Origin: Amphiscolops sp. MND2022
Lineage: Eukaryota
Reading direction: 5' to 3'
NCBI GenBank assembly: GCA_964187785.1
Contig: OZ076410.1
Span: forward strand, 8,866,001-8,930,000
Length of the DNA: 64,000 bases
The translations under genes were made by a program, and so were the position numbers. Below, one piece after another: positions 37,391-49,950 of the stretch; positions within the stretch are counted from its first letter, which is position 1, and the number at the start of each line of letters is the position of its first letter. Below the pieces are notes generated by a model that was not told the origin of the DNA, did not search any database, and worked only from the letters and a program-made list of their open reading frames with translations.

Positions 37391-39561
37391 AGTAGCAAAA
37401 CAACGGAATGAATCAATTTACATGTCTTTACATCTTTATACATTCCTAGCATCATTTGCTCCTCACCTAAAAATCCCTTAGGTATCGCAAAATTGGGATT
37501 GTTCATAAAAAGAGCTAAGTGATTCATATTATTTCAGCCTTGTATCATAAATTCAGGATTCAAAATTCCTAGTTGCATCGTTAGTTTGTCACCTTTGTTG
37601 AAAACATTTCTGTTCAGTCAAATGTATATCCTGTTTGGCTCCTGAAATGGCGGCAAAATAAAGGTCCTCTCTTTTGTTTTATCGACGCAAGCACGACGGC
37701 ATGACCACTCAGTCAACTTCCAAGTTAGGAATTTCAAGTGAATCGTGATAAAAGCATGACTTGCAAAAATGCTGACGTAATCAAGACAAAATGATTAGTT
37801 TTTTGAGGATTGGAACATTTCGCAATTTTGATTAAGCAAAGGAACAAATGATACTAAGATTGCTAGCTAACTATTTTTCATGTATAAAATCAAATTGACA
37901 TAATGCACAAAATTATAGCGTACACTCTACGCACAAAGCATCAACAGGGTTTAAATATAGCAATAACCTTCATTTTCAATCTTTCAGACTCAACAAATTA
38001 CGTTGATAAAACACAAATTAGCATATCATGGTATTAACAAACAATAATGATTGCACTCATTGGTAATGACTTTCAAACAAGGAATTCTAAAAATGCATGT
38101 TGGTGAAGGTTAACGTCAGCCCTTCGTCACAATTATAATGTTGGAAGAATTATTGTTATAACCACATAGTTGATATCTCACGATAGAAAATGGATTTAAC
38201 GTTTGCTTAACGTTTCCGTTCAATATGGTTTTTGCACCTTTCAAATGAATGCACCAAGAATTGACTAATCTTGATCTAGCCTAAATCCTACTTTACAATG
38301 CAGCTTTTTCTATATCATGATGTTTTCGAATTCGGATCTACGCCGGGATTTCAAAATACCACATTTCCAAAGGCTAGGGTAGGAAGCCTATCTGTTCATT
38401 AATTGCCATCTTAAAGTGCCACGTAGTAAGGACGTACTTATTAAGATTTGTTTTATTTTATTCACGGCTTGACGTAACTGCTACGTCAAGCAATGGTGAA
38501 AATCATTCTAGCTATCTAGTTGATGACGTCACGAGGCCATTCTTGTTTATCTGAGCACAACTGGTACGGCCGAGAAGCGATGCTAATTGTTAACGATAAT
38601 AGCAATACCGGTTATTAACTTAACTGCGTGACGTTCTCATAGCGTTTTGATTATTTTCTTGAATTACTTGACTGTACTTTAAGTGAATTTTGATAACTGT
38701 CTCAGTACTCTAAAATGCGTCAATGTATTCATTTCGTTTTAGATTTTATATCTTATGGCGGAATAACGACCTTTGGCGTTTTCCTAGTTTTCATTTCAGG
38801 TTGAAGAGGAAAAGAAAATCAATTCCTTTTTTGATCTTTGTCTCTGTTTTCCTTTTTAGATTAGCTCATGAATTCGAGAAAAGTGTAACCGGAAACAAAT
38901 GTGTTCACCTGTAAAAATGTTAAACCGTAAGTTTAAGTTCATTTCTTTGAAGTTTTAGATCTTGCGTTGTACCTCATCAACTTGTCTCATTTAAAACCCT
39001 TCATGATTTATTTTGCTGCATTGTAAGTAAGATTTGAACTAACTTACGCAACGTTCGTGCGCCCATGTCCTCTCCCAAGCAATTGCCTATGGATTCCGTG
39101 CTGGCAGTGCAACCTCTCGGAGCAACATAACTAGTAAAAAGCGGGAAGAAGTTTTTTTCTTGAAATGTTGGTACTTCTGCTAATAGTCACAGGAACTTCT
39201 GGAAAGTATTTTTAGCTGTGTCTAGAGGTCAAGGCGAGTTGCGGTTAGTGTTGAGTAAGTTTCGTTTCGTGTACGTGGGTTAGAGTACCGCGCACACGAA
39301 CTAATTCCGAAATTCTCGGAAATGTAGAGGGGCGCAAAAGCCCACCTATTTGTTATTTTTGGCACTATGCGACTTTTCTTCTGAAGTTTTTAAAACAGCC
39401 CCTTGATTTGAACAGAAGTAAAGCTTTTTTTGACACTGCGACCTACTGAAAAAAAATTTGAAACATTTTCTGTTTGAATTTTCAGTTTTCCGAGATTTGT
39501 TGTTACAGAAAATCGTTTTCAGAATCTCAATGGTGACCTATTTAGTCATTTTTGTCCTGTG

Positions 39562-40262
39562 TGTAAGAGCCACGTCCCGTGGTGTCTCTCAAATCACCAA
39601 CGGACCGTGAATCCTTTTTCAATAATTTTGTTTTCAAGCCAGATGGGTTTTCCCTATTTTCCTGACTGTCAGGGGACATGCTAGCCTCAGTGTCCCTGTT
39701 CCCAGAGGAAGACATTGAACTCACAATATTCTGAATCTCCGGTAACACCTTCTCTGATATAGCAGCACTGATTGCTCTATTTATCTGACTATGTACCATG
39801 GCCATCATGGAATCCATCTCTTGAGATAACCTAAGATTAAATTCATTTGAAAAGGTTTCAAAGGATTGTCTTATGTCGTTTCGACCATGGGGCTCATTTC
39901 CTTGAATGAAATTTCCAAGATCATTCCTTGAGTGACTACCAATTTCTATGTCACCATTAATGGAAGATTGGTCTATTACATCTGCTAACTCTCTTTCTAA
40001 AGGATTTTCACTCCCTATCATCACGTCTAAATTATCCATATCGGACAACATGTCCATCTCTTTGGATTTTCTAGCTTTCGCTTTCTGTCTTCTTGTGGAA
40101 GGCATAAGAGTTTATTGCAAGAGGTAAGAATTTAAATTAAGTTCTCAGGCTTGCAAACAGAGTATGTTGGAACGATTTTTACAAGTTTGAGTATTACGGT
40201 ATCAAGGAAATTGAAAAAGTCCTTGGGACCTAGGGTCCACGGTATATATACTCAGGCTTACA
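39562..40262 (-). mobile_element. Solo-LTR-like element containing the open MPSTRRQKAK ORF (39542-40105)
   Basis: Inverted ends TGTAAGAGCC and GGCTTACA. The 187-aa ORF is predicted helical and crosses the left terminus. Homologous fragments lie at 21470-21950 and 47400-47870. No TSD found. Confidence 0.5.
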
Positions 40263-42090
40263 TGACTTGCAAAATAATGAGGGTCACGTTCTAAAAATAG
40301 CCTTCACAGCTATCTAAAAATAGCACCTACTATTTATAGCCATGAAGGCGGCATGACGAAAGGGTCACTTCAAAGGGGTGATTTATTCAAGCGCCTTCAA
40401 TAATTCCATATATAGAAGGATTGTAAGTCCAAGCATCCCACAAGGCCTTTCATATGTGAGGTTAAGCAACATTACATGTAATCATATTTGATCAATCATA
40501 ACTTGCATGTACTAACTCATTAATCTGAGTATTCATGTAAATTATTAATATCTAGCATCAAATGGTACAAATGGTCCAGTAATCTTCATCAAAACGAGTA
40601 TTTATTAGAAACACCAGTCATAGCCTTTATTTACCACTGTAAATTGCACTTTACTTTAATTTGGACTCAGTGTCCATTTGCCGTAAATAGGCAGCAAATT
40701 ACTACTAGCTGACGGCGCGTGGCCTTAGAGTCCTTTAATTTAGAATACTGCGCACAGTGAATGAAATGAATGGCGTGTTCTGATTGGCTAAGAATTTGGA
40801 CGGACTGCGTGTCCAGCGAGACAGGAGAGGAAACATTTGAACTCGTTTCCTTTCCTGTACGCCTTGGTGTCCAATTTCTTAGCTAATACATTAAACATAC
40901 AGTGTTTTCATGCATCAATGTATTAAAATCAACTTCGTAGTTTTCAACTAACCAAATGGTATTTCCGATTAATAATTTGCACAAGATTTTATATATAAGG
41001 CTGTCAAAACTGAAAATAGAATAATAGACATGCCGTAAAAATATTACAAATTCAGTTTGAAGTTTTTGTCCCGTCATGACAATGGGACACATGGTCCTTT
41101 CCTCTAGTTTATTGGTAGAGTACCTGGGAGGGCGCGAAAACAGCTGTAATTGATGGTGTAAAAGTTCCCATCGCAGGCGGGAGCCTGCGACACTGTGCGA
41201 GTTAGTTTTTTCTCAAGAGCACTGGAAAAAACCTACAAAACCCACAGAACAAAAACCTTCTTGGCTCCTTAAGAAATTTCTTCCCTTCACTAAGGGTGCG
41301 CTGCTTCAGTTTAGTAAACGCGTTTTTTGAACCCAAATGTTCACACCTTTTGGTAATTGCGGAATTTTGCGTATTTTTGAATAAAAAAAGTTCACAGAAA
41401 TCCTCAATATCGGGTTTTTGTGATAGTTTCAGCTCAGAAAAGGGCTTTTTCACCCTGAAGTGCCTCTCGGAGGTTTTCTGTTCTAACAGTATACAAAAAA
41501 TATTGCAGTGCTTCTGCGGTTTTTGTTCAAGCGTAATATTTCAGTGACAAGCAACTAGTGTTTCATTCTGTTCGTTTCTGCCCATATTTATTTTTCGTTC
41601 AATTTTGTATTTAGTTGCGCTTCAAGTGGACCAACGAGTCTTCAAATCATAAGATTTTTAATCAACATAAACAGCACCATCATACTGCATAATGACTCAT
41701 TGCGAGAGTCTTGTCTGATAAATGAGTTCATAGACGTGAACAAGTTTCCTTCATTTTCGAATTGTCATTCAAACTTAACAAATTTTCAATTGTTTGTGAG
41801 TATGAGTTGGCTCTCCATGCCGAGAAAAGGATGCATTTTGAGCGGGGAATTCCCACACGGCAGAAGTCTCATACAGCAGAAAATGAAATATCGGTCCCAT
41901 ACAGCAGAATATTTGTTTACGCTGCAATCTGATTGGCGGGAATTTGAAATCGAATTGAATTCGCTATGTTGAAAACGCGTGTCACATTTTGCCAGAGTTA
42001 TTATTATAACGTAGTCAGCTATACTCACATACCCCTAGTGCCCTAAATGCAGGAGCGAAGCGAAGCGGAGCGACTGCTATGTGGCCATGC

Positions 42091-44018
42091 CAGGGGTGCA
42101 CAAAAATTAATTGCAATTAATCGCTGCCACTTCAGCAATAAAAATCAATTAATTTTAATTGCTATTCTGAAAAAATAATTTACTGCAATTAATTGCAATT
42201 AATTGTATCTCTACTCTATAAGTAACAACAAAAATAATAATCACAAAAATGAATTCAAGCAACAATTGATGCAAGAAATTGTTCGTCCCAAATTCTTCGA
42301 TTTGTCTTCAGGAAAAGTTGCATCTCCAAATTAATTGGTAGCAGACTTTGACGCAAATCACCGGATGAATATGTAGCCGAACTGAAGAATCTCTCCACCA
42401 AATTAGATGCGGGCAATATGAATTTGACCTTCATATACTGCCATCCAGCTTTTTTCAATTTTTCGTTTTTTAAGAAGGGTCGTAGCAAAATCGATTGTAG
42501 TTTCATTATTTTGATAATCGCAGCTTCAAAGTCCGGACTGTGAACATTATCGGACCGCGACCCACGATGTGACTCAAGTCCTGGAAATTCCTTGATAATT
42601 TCATCGAACAGAAAACGAACATCAGCACTATCCGTAGATTCGTTTTCCAAAGCAAGTGTTACTGAATCCAGTTTCTCCAAATTCTGATTTAGAAAGATTT
42701 CATGGTCTCACAGTTGTCTCCAATGATAGCTATAACGTTTTCGTGCATAGTCTTTCCATAAAAGTTGAAGAACGAATTCCAGATGTTCCATATGCTGTTG
42801 AGCTGTAAATGATGTTTCAACAACCATTGGAGAAATTGACTGCAAGGCATATTCATATGCAACTTCATCTTTTGCGGGGTAAGTAGCAAAAATGCCAATA
42901 AAATGGGGAGATTTCTTAGCCCATCCATCCACGACAAGCAGAAACTTTGCACGCAGAACAAGACTTATCTTTTGCTCCACTTCTTAGGTCAGTGAATCCA
43001 TGTATTTTCTCAAAGTCGTTTCCAGAACAGAATTGGCTGTAGTCGTGAAAATTACCGGGTCAGGGGGTCTTCAAAGAAATCAAATGGCTTCATGCCCACA
43101 CAAATTGATTTAATCCTTTAAATAAAGCGTAAATATTGTCTCCTTTCTTGCACGAAGATGGGGCTACCGCAAAACATGAGCTAATGCTCGGCTGAGATCC
43201 ACTGGACGCGTATTCAGGATGTTGAGATTTGATATGATTGAAAAGATTGGTAAATCCAGTGCTCTTATTCTGCGATAAAACCCTCCCACACGAACATTTC
43301 CGCAGGTTATCAGCTTCTTGTACGAAATAACGCATAACAATATCTTTTTACGGGTGCTACTTCAATTCGTCGAACATTCTAATCGTCGAAAATGAAAAGC
43401 TATTCAATGCGTCGGAAGGATTCCATATCAGCGATTATTTTCATTTGGTTATATTTCGTGGTGATAAGAATATTTGTTGTATGGCTCGGTCGCTTCGTTT
43501 CATTCGCCAAGTAGCAATATTGAGGCATGGCCATATGGCACGTCGCTCCGCTTCGCTTCGCTCCTGCATTTGGGGCACTAGGAGTATGTGAACATAGCTG
43601 ACTACGATATCGTAATTTTGAATGCTCGAATTTGATTGGCGGTAATCAATTCATTCAATTACGTCATACCATGCTCGCTAAATTAATACATGTTTGACTA
43701 ATTGAATTTTCGACGAATTGAACAGTCCCCCTTGTTACGCTGGCATAAAACTAACTGGCACAATGCAATCTGAAAAGCTCACACTCTTTGTTAACTGTAA
43801 ACAGAAACTCACTGCTTCATTTCAGGTCAAATTGCGTCATCGGCTGCAGCCGATTCACTTGCAAGTTGAAAATGCATGAAATACATGTATTACACGAATT
43901 AATTGCAATTAATTGGAACGAAAACATTTTTTAATTTTAATTGCAAATTCTAGCAATCAATTAATTTCTAGCAATTAGTTGCAATTAATTTTCAATCAAT
44001 TGTTTTTGGGCAGCCCTG
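42091..44018 (-). mobile_element. Decayed hAT DNA transposon (1928 bp)
   Basis: TIRs CAGGGGTGCACAAAAA and CAGGGCTGCCCAAAAA (14/16). Perfect TSD GGCCATGC at 42083-42090 and 44019-44026. Transposase pieces: BED finger (43090-43335), LLVVDGWAK, IIGDNCET and PASNLVERFFS. Confidence 0.93.
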
Positions 44019-44759
44019 GGCCATGCCGCAATGTTGCTACTTGGCGAAGGTAGCGAAACGACCGAGCCATACAACAAATATGCTATCTTCTTCAAATAAA
44101 TCAAGTTCCAACATATTGGCTGTAACAGCACTGAAAGCTTGTAATTTGAATTCTACTGTATGGGACCGAATTTTCATTTTCTGCTGTATGAATAGGCCCC
44201 TTTTGTGCGCGGTCTTCCTCTCGTTGATAACGACGCCAATGTGATAACAACGCCAATAGTGTTTGAATTTCTCCCATTTCTCGTTGTATATTGGCAGTTT
44301 GAATGCTAGCGCCATTTTGAGGGTGCGCTTGAGATTTTGGAGTTTGGCCATATTGGTTCTCTAAGTCGAATTCAAAATCAATATTAGTTTCCATTTTTTG
44401 ATGAGTTTCAGATGGATCTATGTTAGAATTATGGATAGCTTTTCCTTTACGGAGTCTAAGTGCAGACCTTTCTTTTTTTTTTCAATGGAAAATGGACGGA
44501 TTGCACAACAGGTTAATTTATCTTATTTTCTAGTCAGCCTTCTTGGGATAAATAGTAAATTGATTATATGTATTTGGTAAATGGTAAATCAGTATTAGAT
44601 AACTGCTCAAATAGTACATTAGATAATGTACAAATTCTGGATGATACATAAAATCTATTGAGGAGAGACTTGACTGGTGTGTAACTCGTGTAATCTGTAG
44701 TGTTTAGTTTCGTTGGCTCACTTTCGGGCGCATTTAGGTAAGTCATGCCAGGTGGCAAG

Positions 44760-45742
44760 GGGAGCGGGACAAAACAGCCGATTTTCAAAATAGGACAAAA
44801 CAGTCAATTTTAAAACAGTACAAAATCGCCGATTGGTAAAAATGAAAATCGCCGATTTGGTCAATGCGTAAGATTAGCAGTCAATAAAACTATTATTATA
44901 ACGTAGTCAGCTATGCTCAGATACCCCTAGTGCCCTAAATGCAGGAGCGAAGCCAAGCGAAGCGGAGCGACGTGCCATATGGCCATGTCTTAATGTTGCT
45001 ACTTGGCGAAGGGCGCGGAGCAACCAAGCCATACAACAAATATGAACCTCTTCAAATAAATCAAGTTCCATGCATATTGACTGTAACAGCACTCCCCCAT
45101 TCAATCCCATCGATGGGATTTGAATTATCGCCCAGCGCATGGGGGCACTTTTGGAACATTTTAGGGTTAAATAGAGAGCAGAGAAAACATCTGCTTGTAA
45201 GAAGAAAAAATGTGAAATATGCCGAAATTTGACTCTAAAAATACGTATTTATATCAAAAAAATTGGAAGTTTTTCTCTGGAAAATCAACAGAATCCGGTT
45301 TTTCACAAAGATAAATAATATGGATAACTATGTATAATTTCATTTCCGAATAAAATGTTTGGCAAATTCAAATAAAATCCCCAACGAAGCTTAAATAGAC
45401 TGAAAAACTTATTATAAGGCGAGAGTTTTGTTGAAATTTTGAACATGGCCAAGTCAAACGAATTTTTGTGACCTGAAAATTTCGATTCCCATCGATGGTC
45501 CATCGATGACCCATCGATGGGATCATCGTTAGAAAAACCTCATCGATGCACATCGATGGTCCATCGATGGGCCCCATGGGACTGCGATGGCCTTCGATGA
45601 ACTGCGATGGGATCTCAGAACGAGTCATTTTGTTCCGTTTTGAAAATCGGCTTTGTCTCGTTTTGAAAATCTGCTGTTTTGTCTCGTTTTGAAAATCTGC
45701 TGTTTTGTCTCGTTTTAAAATCGGCTGTTTTGTCCCGTATCT
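44760..45742. mobile_element. Mutator-like non-autonomous element with nested repeats
   Basis: Inverted subterminal arrays GGGACAAAACAGCCGATTTTCAAAA and TTTTAAAATCGGCTGTTTTGTCCC. A 9-10-bp flanking direct repeat GGTGGCAAG(G) lies at 44751 and 45743. It contains GCGAAGC repeat copy D and a CCATCGATGG cluster. Confidence 0.65.
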
Positions 45743-46094
45743 GGTGGCAAGGCGTAATTTTTGTCGCCTCAGCTTACGATTGGCAAAATTAGTAAGGTGT
45801 TAATTATAAGTCACGTGACTACACCTAGTTGCACCACAAGATGGCGGTACACTAAACGCATCGTAATTATGGACTGTATAATTTGTGTTGAATAAATTAT
45901 CGCACTTCCATCGCAGCTATACATCATCCAAATAGTAATCTACTAATACAATAGACTACATAGAAAGGGTTTATGATGAATTCACGATGAAACATGAAGT
46001 TAATAGTCCTGATGAATTTTGGATAGATCCAGTCATAACAACTTGGGGTACAAGAGGCTTTAACCTGGTGGTTTGTGATTTCACATGCTTTTTA

Positions 46095-46380
46095 TTTTCC
46101 GCCCACATAAATGGGGGAGGAAAATCATGATCTGTGACGCGTTCTTTTTTAACAAATTCTGCCAAAACTCCACTTTATCTCCACTCCATCGAGTGAGGTA
46201 CACTTCACTTATTGCTTTCCCAGCCAGTAGGTCGTGGGTTCGAACCCGGGCTGGTGCTTGAAATTTTTTCGTTTTTCCCAGCCAGTAGGTTGTGGGTTCG
46301 ATCCTCTCCTTCGCCATACTTTTTTTGCAATAAGAGTGTCGCGGAAAATATCCCGGTGCTTAGCGGGCGTCTTGTTTCAT
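46095..46380 (+). repeat. Dispersed repeat with tRNA-derived SINE-like region, copy 2 (duplicated B box)
   Basis: Two copies of CCCAGCCAGTAGGT(C/T)GTGGGTTCGA (B boxes at about 46236 and 46294). The body GCGGAAAATATCCCGGTGCTTAGCGGGCGTCTTGTT is shared with 596-631. Confidence 0.6.
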
Positions 46381-47399
46381 TTTCCAGTGTGCTTGTGAAG
46401 GAACATTTCTCACAAGTTACGATCAGCTCTTTGTTTAGTGCAATTTTTGATGAAAGAACGCAAGATCAGGGACGCATTAGAATATACATATCATATCTCA
46501 AATGCTCCGAGTACATTATTTCTATACAGTGAGAGTATTAGAAATTTATGTACATAGTTTGAAAGCACCACGTAGCGCAAAAATCAGGAAAAAGGGGCAT
46601 ATTGAAATGTCAAATAAACGTAACATAATCACAGGGTTGGCAAAACGCGTGTTATCTTCGAAAAAAAACCAAACTCAATGTAATTTACAAAATCACGTTA
46701 TTCATGTCAGAATTGTTGTTTTTCAAGTCACAATGAAACGACAATTACAAATTCAATTGTCTAATTAGAGAAGCCAGTTTTTTCTTTGTTTTCCCGTTTG
46801 ACATGGCCCTTCAACTTGCAATAAGCGAATCCGAGAGTAGAAACCATTCGTTCCAGGCCGATTTCCACCAAGTCTTTGGGGACACATTTGCATTACTTTC
46901 GCCGAAGAAAAAACAAATAATCACAAAAAATGTTTAAAAAAACTAAATAACAATGTTAGTTGACTAACATGTTAAATACCATGCCAATCTTGCATAATCA
47001 CAATTGAATTCGTGACAATTTGTAAGTATTCTATTTTTTACGTCGTGTTGAACTTGGCACTCTTATACAAGTACCAAGGTTCTGGGACTACTGCTGCCTT
47101 GCTGGGTACAGAGAAGAGATTCGGTCGGAAGCATCGAACTGTGATGTTTCTTCGATGTCCCTCATTGAATTGTTTCTTCGATGCAGAATTAGAATTTCTC
47201 CAGACTCATTACTTCAAAATGCTTGAAGACAAATACGTTGAATATTCTGTACATACTTCTTTGAAACAACGTTTTTACGAAATTGGATTGACAATCACTC
47301 GAGGGAAAATTTTGGGAAATAGTAGTCTGGCCAGTTCATCTGCAATTTATTATAATGCTGAATGATTCTTTTGGAAGTTACTCTTTTCCCAAATATTTC

Positions 47400-47870
47400 T
47401 AAATATTTGCCTACTTCCCATCTTCTTTCTAGCATCCGTCCGTGTCCGGACCTTAATGTAGCTTGGATCTGAGGCAATATTTGATCACTTATTGCTTCAT
47501 CTACGGCCCTTTGGATATGAGAACTTACGGAGCTCATAAAATCTTCCATCTCTTGAGTAATTCTTTGATTCAACTCTCCTGACAGTCTATCAAATTCTCT
47601 ATTGGAATCACTTTCCCTCAAACTTTGGCCATTTTGGGCATAAGTTCTAATTTCAGCTTCACGCGAGTTAGAAGGAGAGTTAGTATTCAGATTCACCGAA
47701 GTATCATAACACGGACTATCAGGGTTTCTGCCGAAGTTACTAGATTCACTTTCCTCTCTCTCTCTCTAAATTATTTCTCCCTGACATTAGGTCAAGGTTT
47801 TCAATATCAAATAACATAACTGCCTCTCTAGATTTCCTTGCTTTCTTTTGCTTCACGAAAATCTTCTTGT
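47400..47870 (-). pseudogene. Third decayed MPSTR-family ORF fragment
   Basis: Minus strand VKQKKARKSREAVMLFDIENLDLMSG...ITQEMEDFMSSVSSHIQRAVDEAISDQILPQIQ aligns to 39542-40105. Confidence 0.7.
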
Positions 47871-49876
47871 AAATAGTAAATTAATATAATCAGAAAAGAT
47901 ATTTCCAAAACAGGTTCAGAACAGATATAATTTTGATGAGGTTTGTAACAATTGAGTCAATTTTGGGGAGTAAGAGCTATATATACTGCCGTCAGCATGA
48001 CACTCACTTTTTTGACATGATTCGATAAATTAGTCAACATTCCCTGTTTCACATGTACAGAAGGTTACACATACATCAAAGCAAATTCTTTACAAGCGCC
48101 TGATTGGGACACGAGTCCCATGTCATCCTGACAAACGCATGAGAGTTCTTTTGAAATGTGACATTCTAAATATTTCCTTAGTCGGCACAAAGCAATAATA
48201 AATGTCCACAACGCATCAATCAAAGGATCAGATTGCACTCAGAGTGATAGGACTGCAAACATTCATTTGCAAGCACGTGCCTACGCATGCAGGCTGAATA
48301 TTGGTTCGAAATGTTTCGCTCAGCACCATAAAATTTATTTTACATGCTAGGAAACCTTTACTTCTTGTTGGCCAGAAAGGGCCGTCGGACTTAAATCCAG
48401 GCCTGACATTTCTGTCAGAGAGGTTCTGATAGTAGGTACATTGTATATTTAGCATCAATAGGCAACAGATCATTATTATTCTTGCCAAATACCAATATGC
48501 ATGAAAGAAAACATTAAGTACTTTCTGATTAAAAGCACTATTTTGTTGGTCAAGTAAGACATTCCTCATAAATAAAACAAGTATTGGCCGGCATAGGCCG
48601 ATTGACTGGTATCACTAGAGTAGCAGCTGTGTTTGGTCAATTGGCCGTAACCAGCATAATGAAAGATACTGCATAGCAACAAAGTATATGTATACTGCAT
48701 CCTGATTGGCTACTTTCTGAACTGTAAGCAACGCTGCCGAGAACACGTTTGCGCTCTTGAAAACGTTTCTTTTCTGTTGATTAATTGAATACAATTTATC
48801 AGAGCTCTTTTCGATACAACTTACACACATTGCAACTTCAATATATTTGACTTCTTGACTTGATAACCACAAATCGTAAAATATTAACAGACTAATCTAA
48901 ATACTTGAATGCAACAAGAATATATAAAGGTAGCAACATCTAAAATGCAAAGTGTCCCCATTAAAGTAAAAAGTTCTAGTTTGTTCGATTGCTGGGTAAG
49001 GTTTACCTTAATAGATTGGCAATGTTCCGGGTTCGATTTGCTGTCCAATTGTTGTCGTTGTAATTCTCCTTCTGTCACAGGCGGCAGCCTGCGACAACCC
49101 TTAAAAATAAAAACTTCTCCCAGGAATGTTTTTTTCTTGAACATATGAAAAATCGATGTTTCAATTGATTTTTTATTGTTGTTGCTCTATGTCTCAAAAT
49201 TGTCGAAAAAAAACGCAATATTTTCAGAGGTGTAGAGAAAGTGTTCAACTGAGTTTTTTCTGAAGGTCAGTTTATGTTTGCAAATTTCAAGCTCATCAAA
49301 GTGTGGTCAAATTAACTTTTATTTGTTTTTGTTGGGACTATTTTTGATACAGAAGGCGTGTTTCCAATTACTTTTTATCATTGATCTTTTGGTGTGAGAG
49401 CCTCTGGTTGCTCCCATGAGGTGTCATTTTCTCAAGGCTTCTTTGTCTCAAGATAACAAACAGACCGCAACAACGTCGGTATGCCCCTTGTTTTTGGTCT
49501 ACGCATTTTGGAAAAAAGTGCCCTACTGTAACAGTGATCACTATTTGGTTTCGTTGGATAATAATGTATCTGTATGGTCCACTCCAAAGACTTTTCGCTA
49601 AAGATCTAACAGATTATATCCTTGTGAAATTCTGTAGAAAAGTTTTTAGTCGGCGTTTTATGAAATGAAACGCGACTATTCTTGTGACTTTTCGTCGTGT
49701 TTTTTTGTTTTTTTTTTCAATCCCGTCGAAGTGACCATTTCGTGCCAAATGCCTAAATCCGAAAATTCTACAACAAAAATTCTGTAAATTGGCAAATTAG
49801 TCGGAAGGGTCTCGTCAATCGTATTTTGACATTGTTGTGTACACAATATGATTGGATTAAAACAAACTAATCTTTG

Positions 49877-49950
49877 GGCGCTATGGCGAAATAGGTTAGT
49901 GCGTTCGGTTCCTATTCCAAAGGTCCGGAGTTCGATTCCCGGAATCTGCG
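49877..49950 (+). promoter_or_regulatory. tRNA-like Pol III module inside the 5' LTR (also 58830-58903 in the 3' LTR)
   Basis: GGCGCTATGGCGAAATAGGTTAGTGCGTTCGGTTCCTATTCCAAAGGTCCGGAGTTCGATTCCCGG has an A-box-like and a B-box-like motif at tRNA spacing. Stems are imperfect. A T5 run follows about 45 nt downstream. Confidence 0.7.

Noticed and set aside
45100-45610. Cluster of CCATCGATGG palindromes as a regulatory array
   Set aside because: It lies within nested MITEs and is best explained as subterminal transposase-binding repeats.
47012-47365. 117-aa plus-strand ORF as a gene
   Set aside because: No recognisable motif, and no clear start or splice context.
49877-49950. Functional tRNA gene
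   Set aside because: Acceptor, anticodon and T stems do not pair properly. Kept only as a tRNA-derived module.
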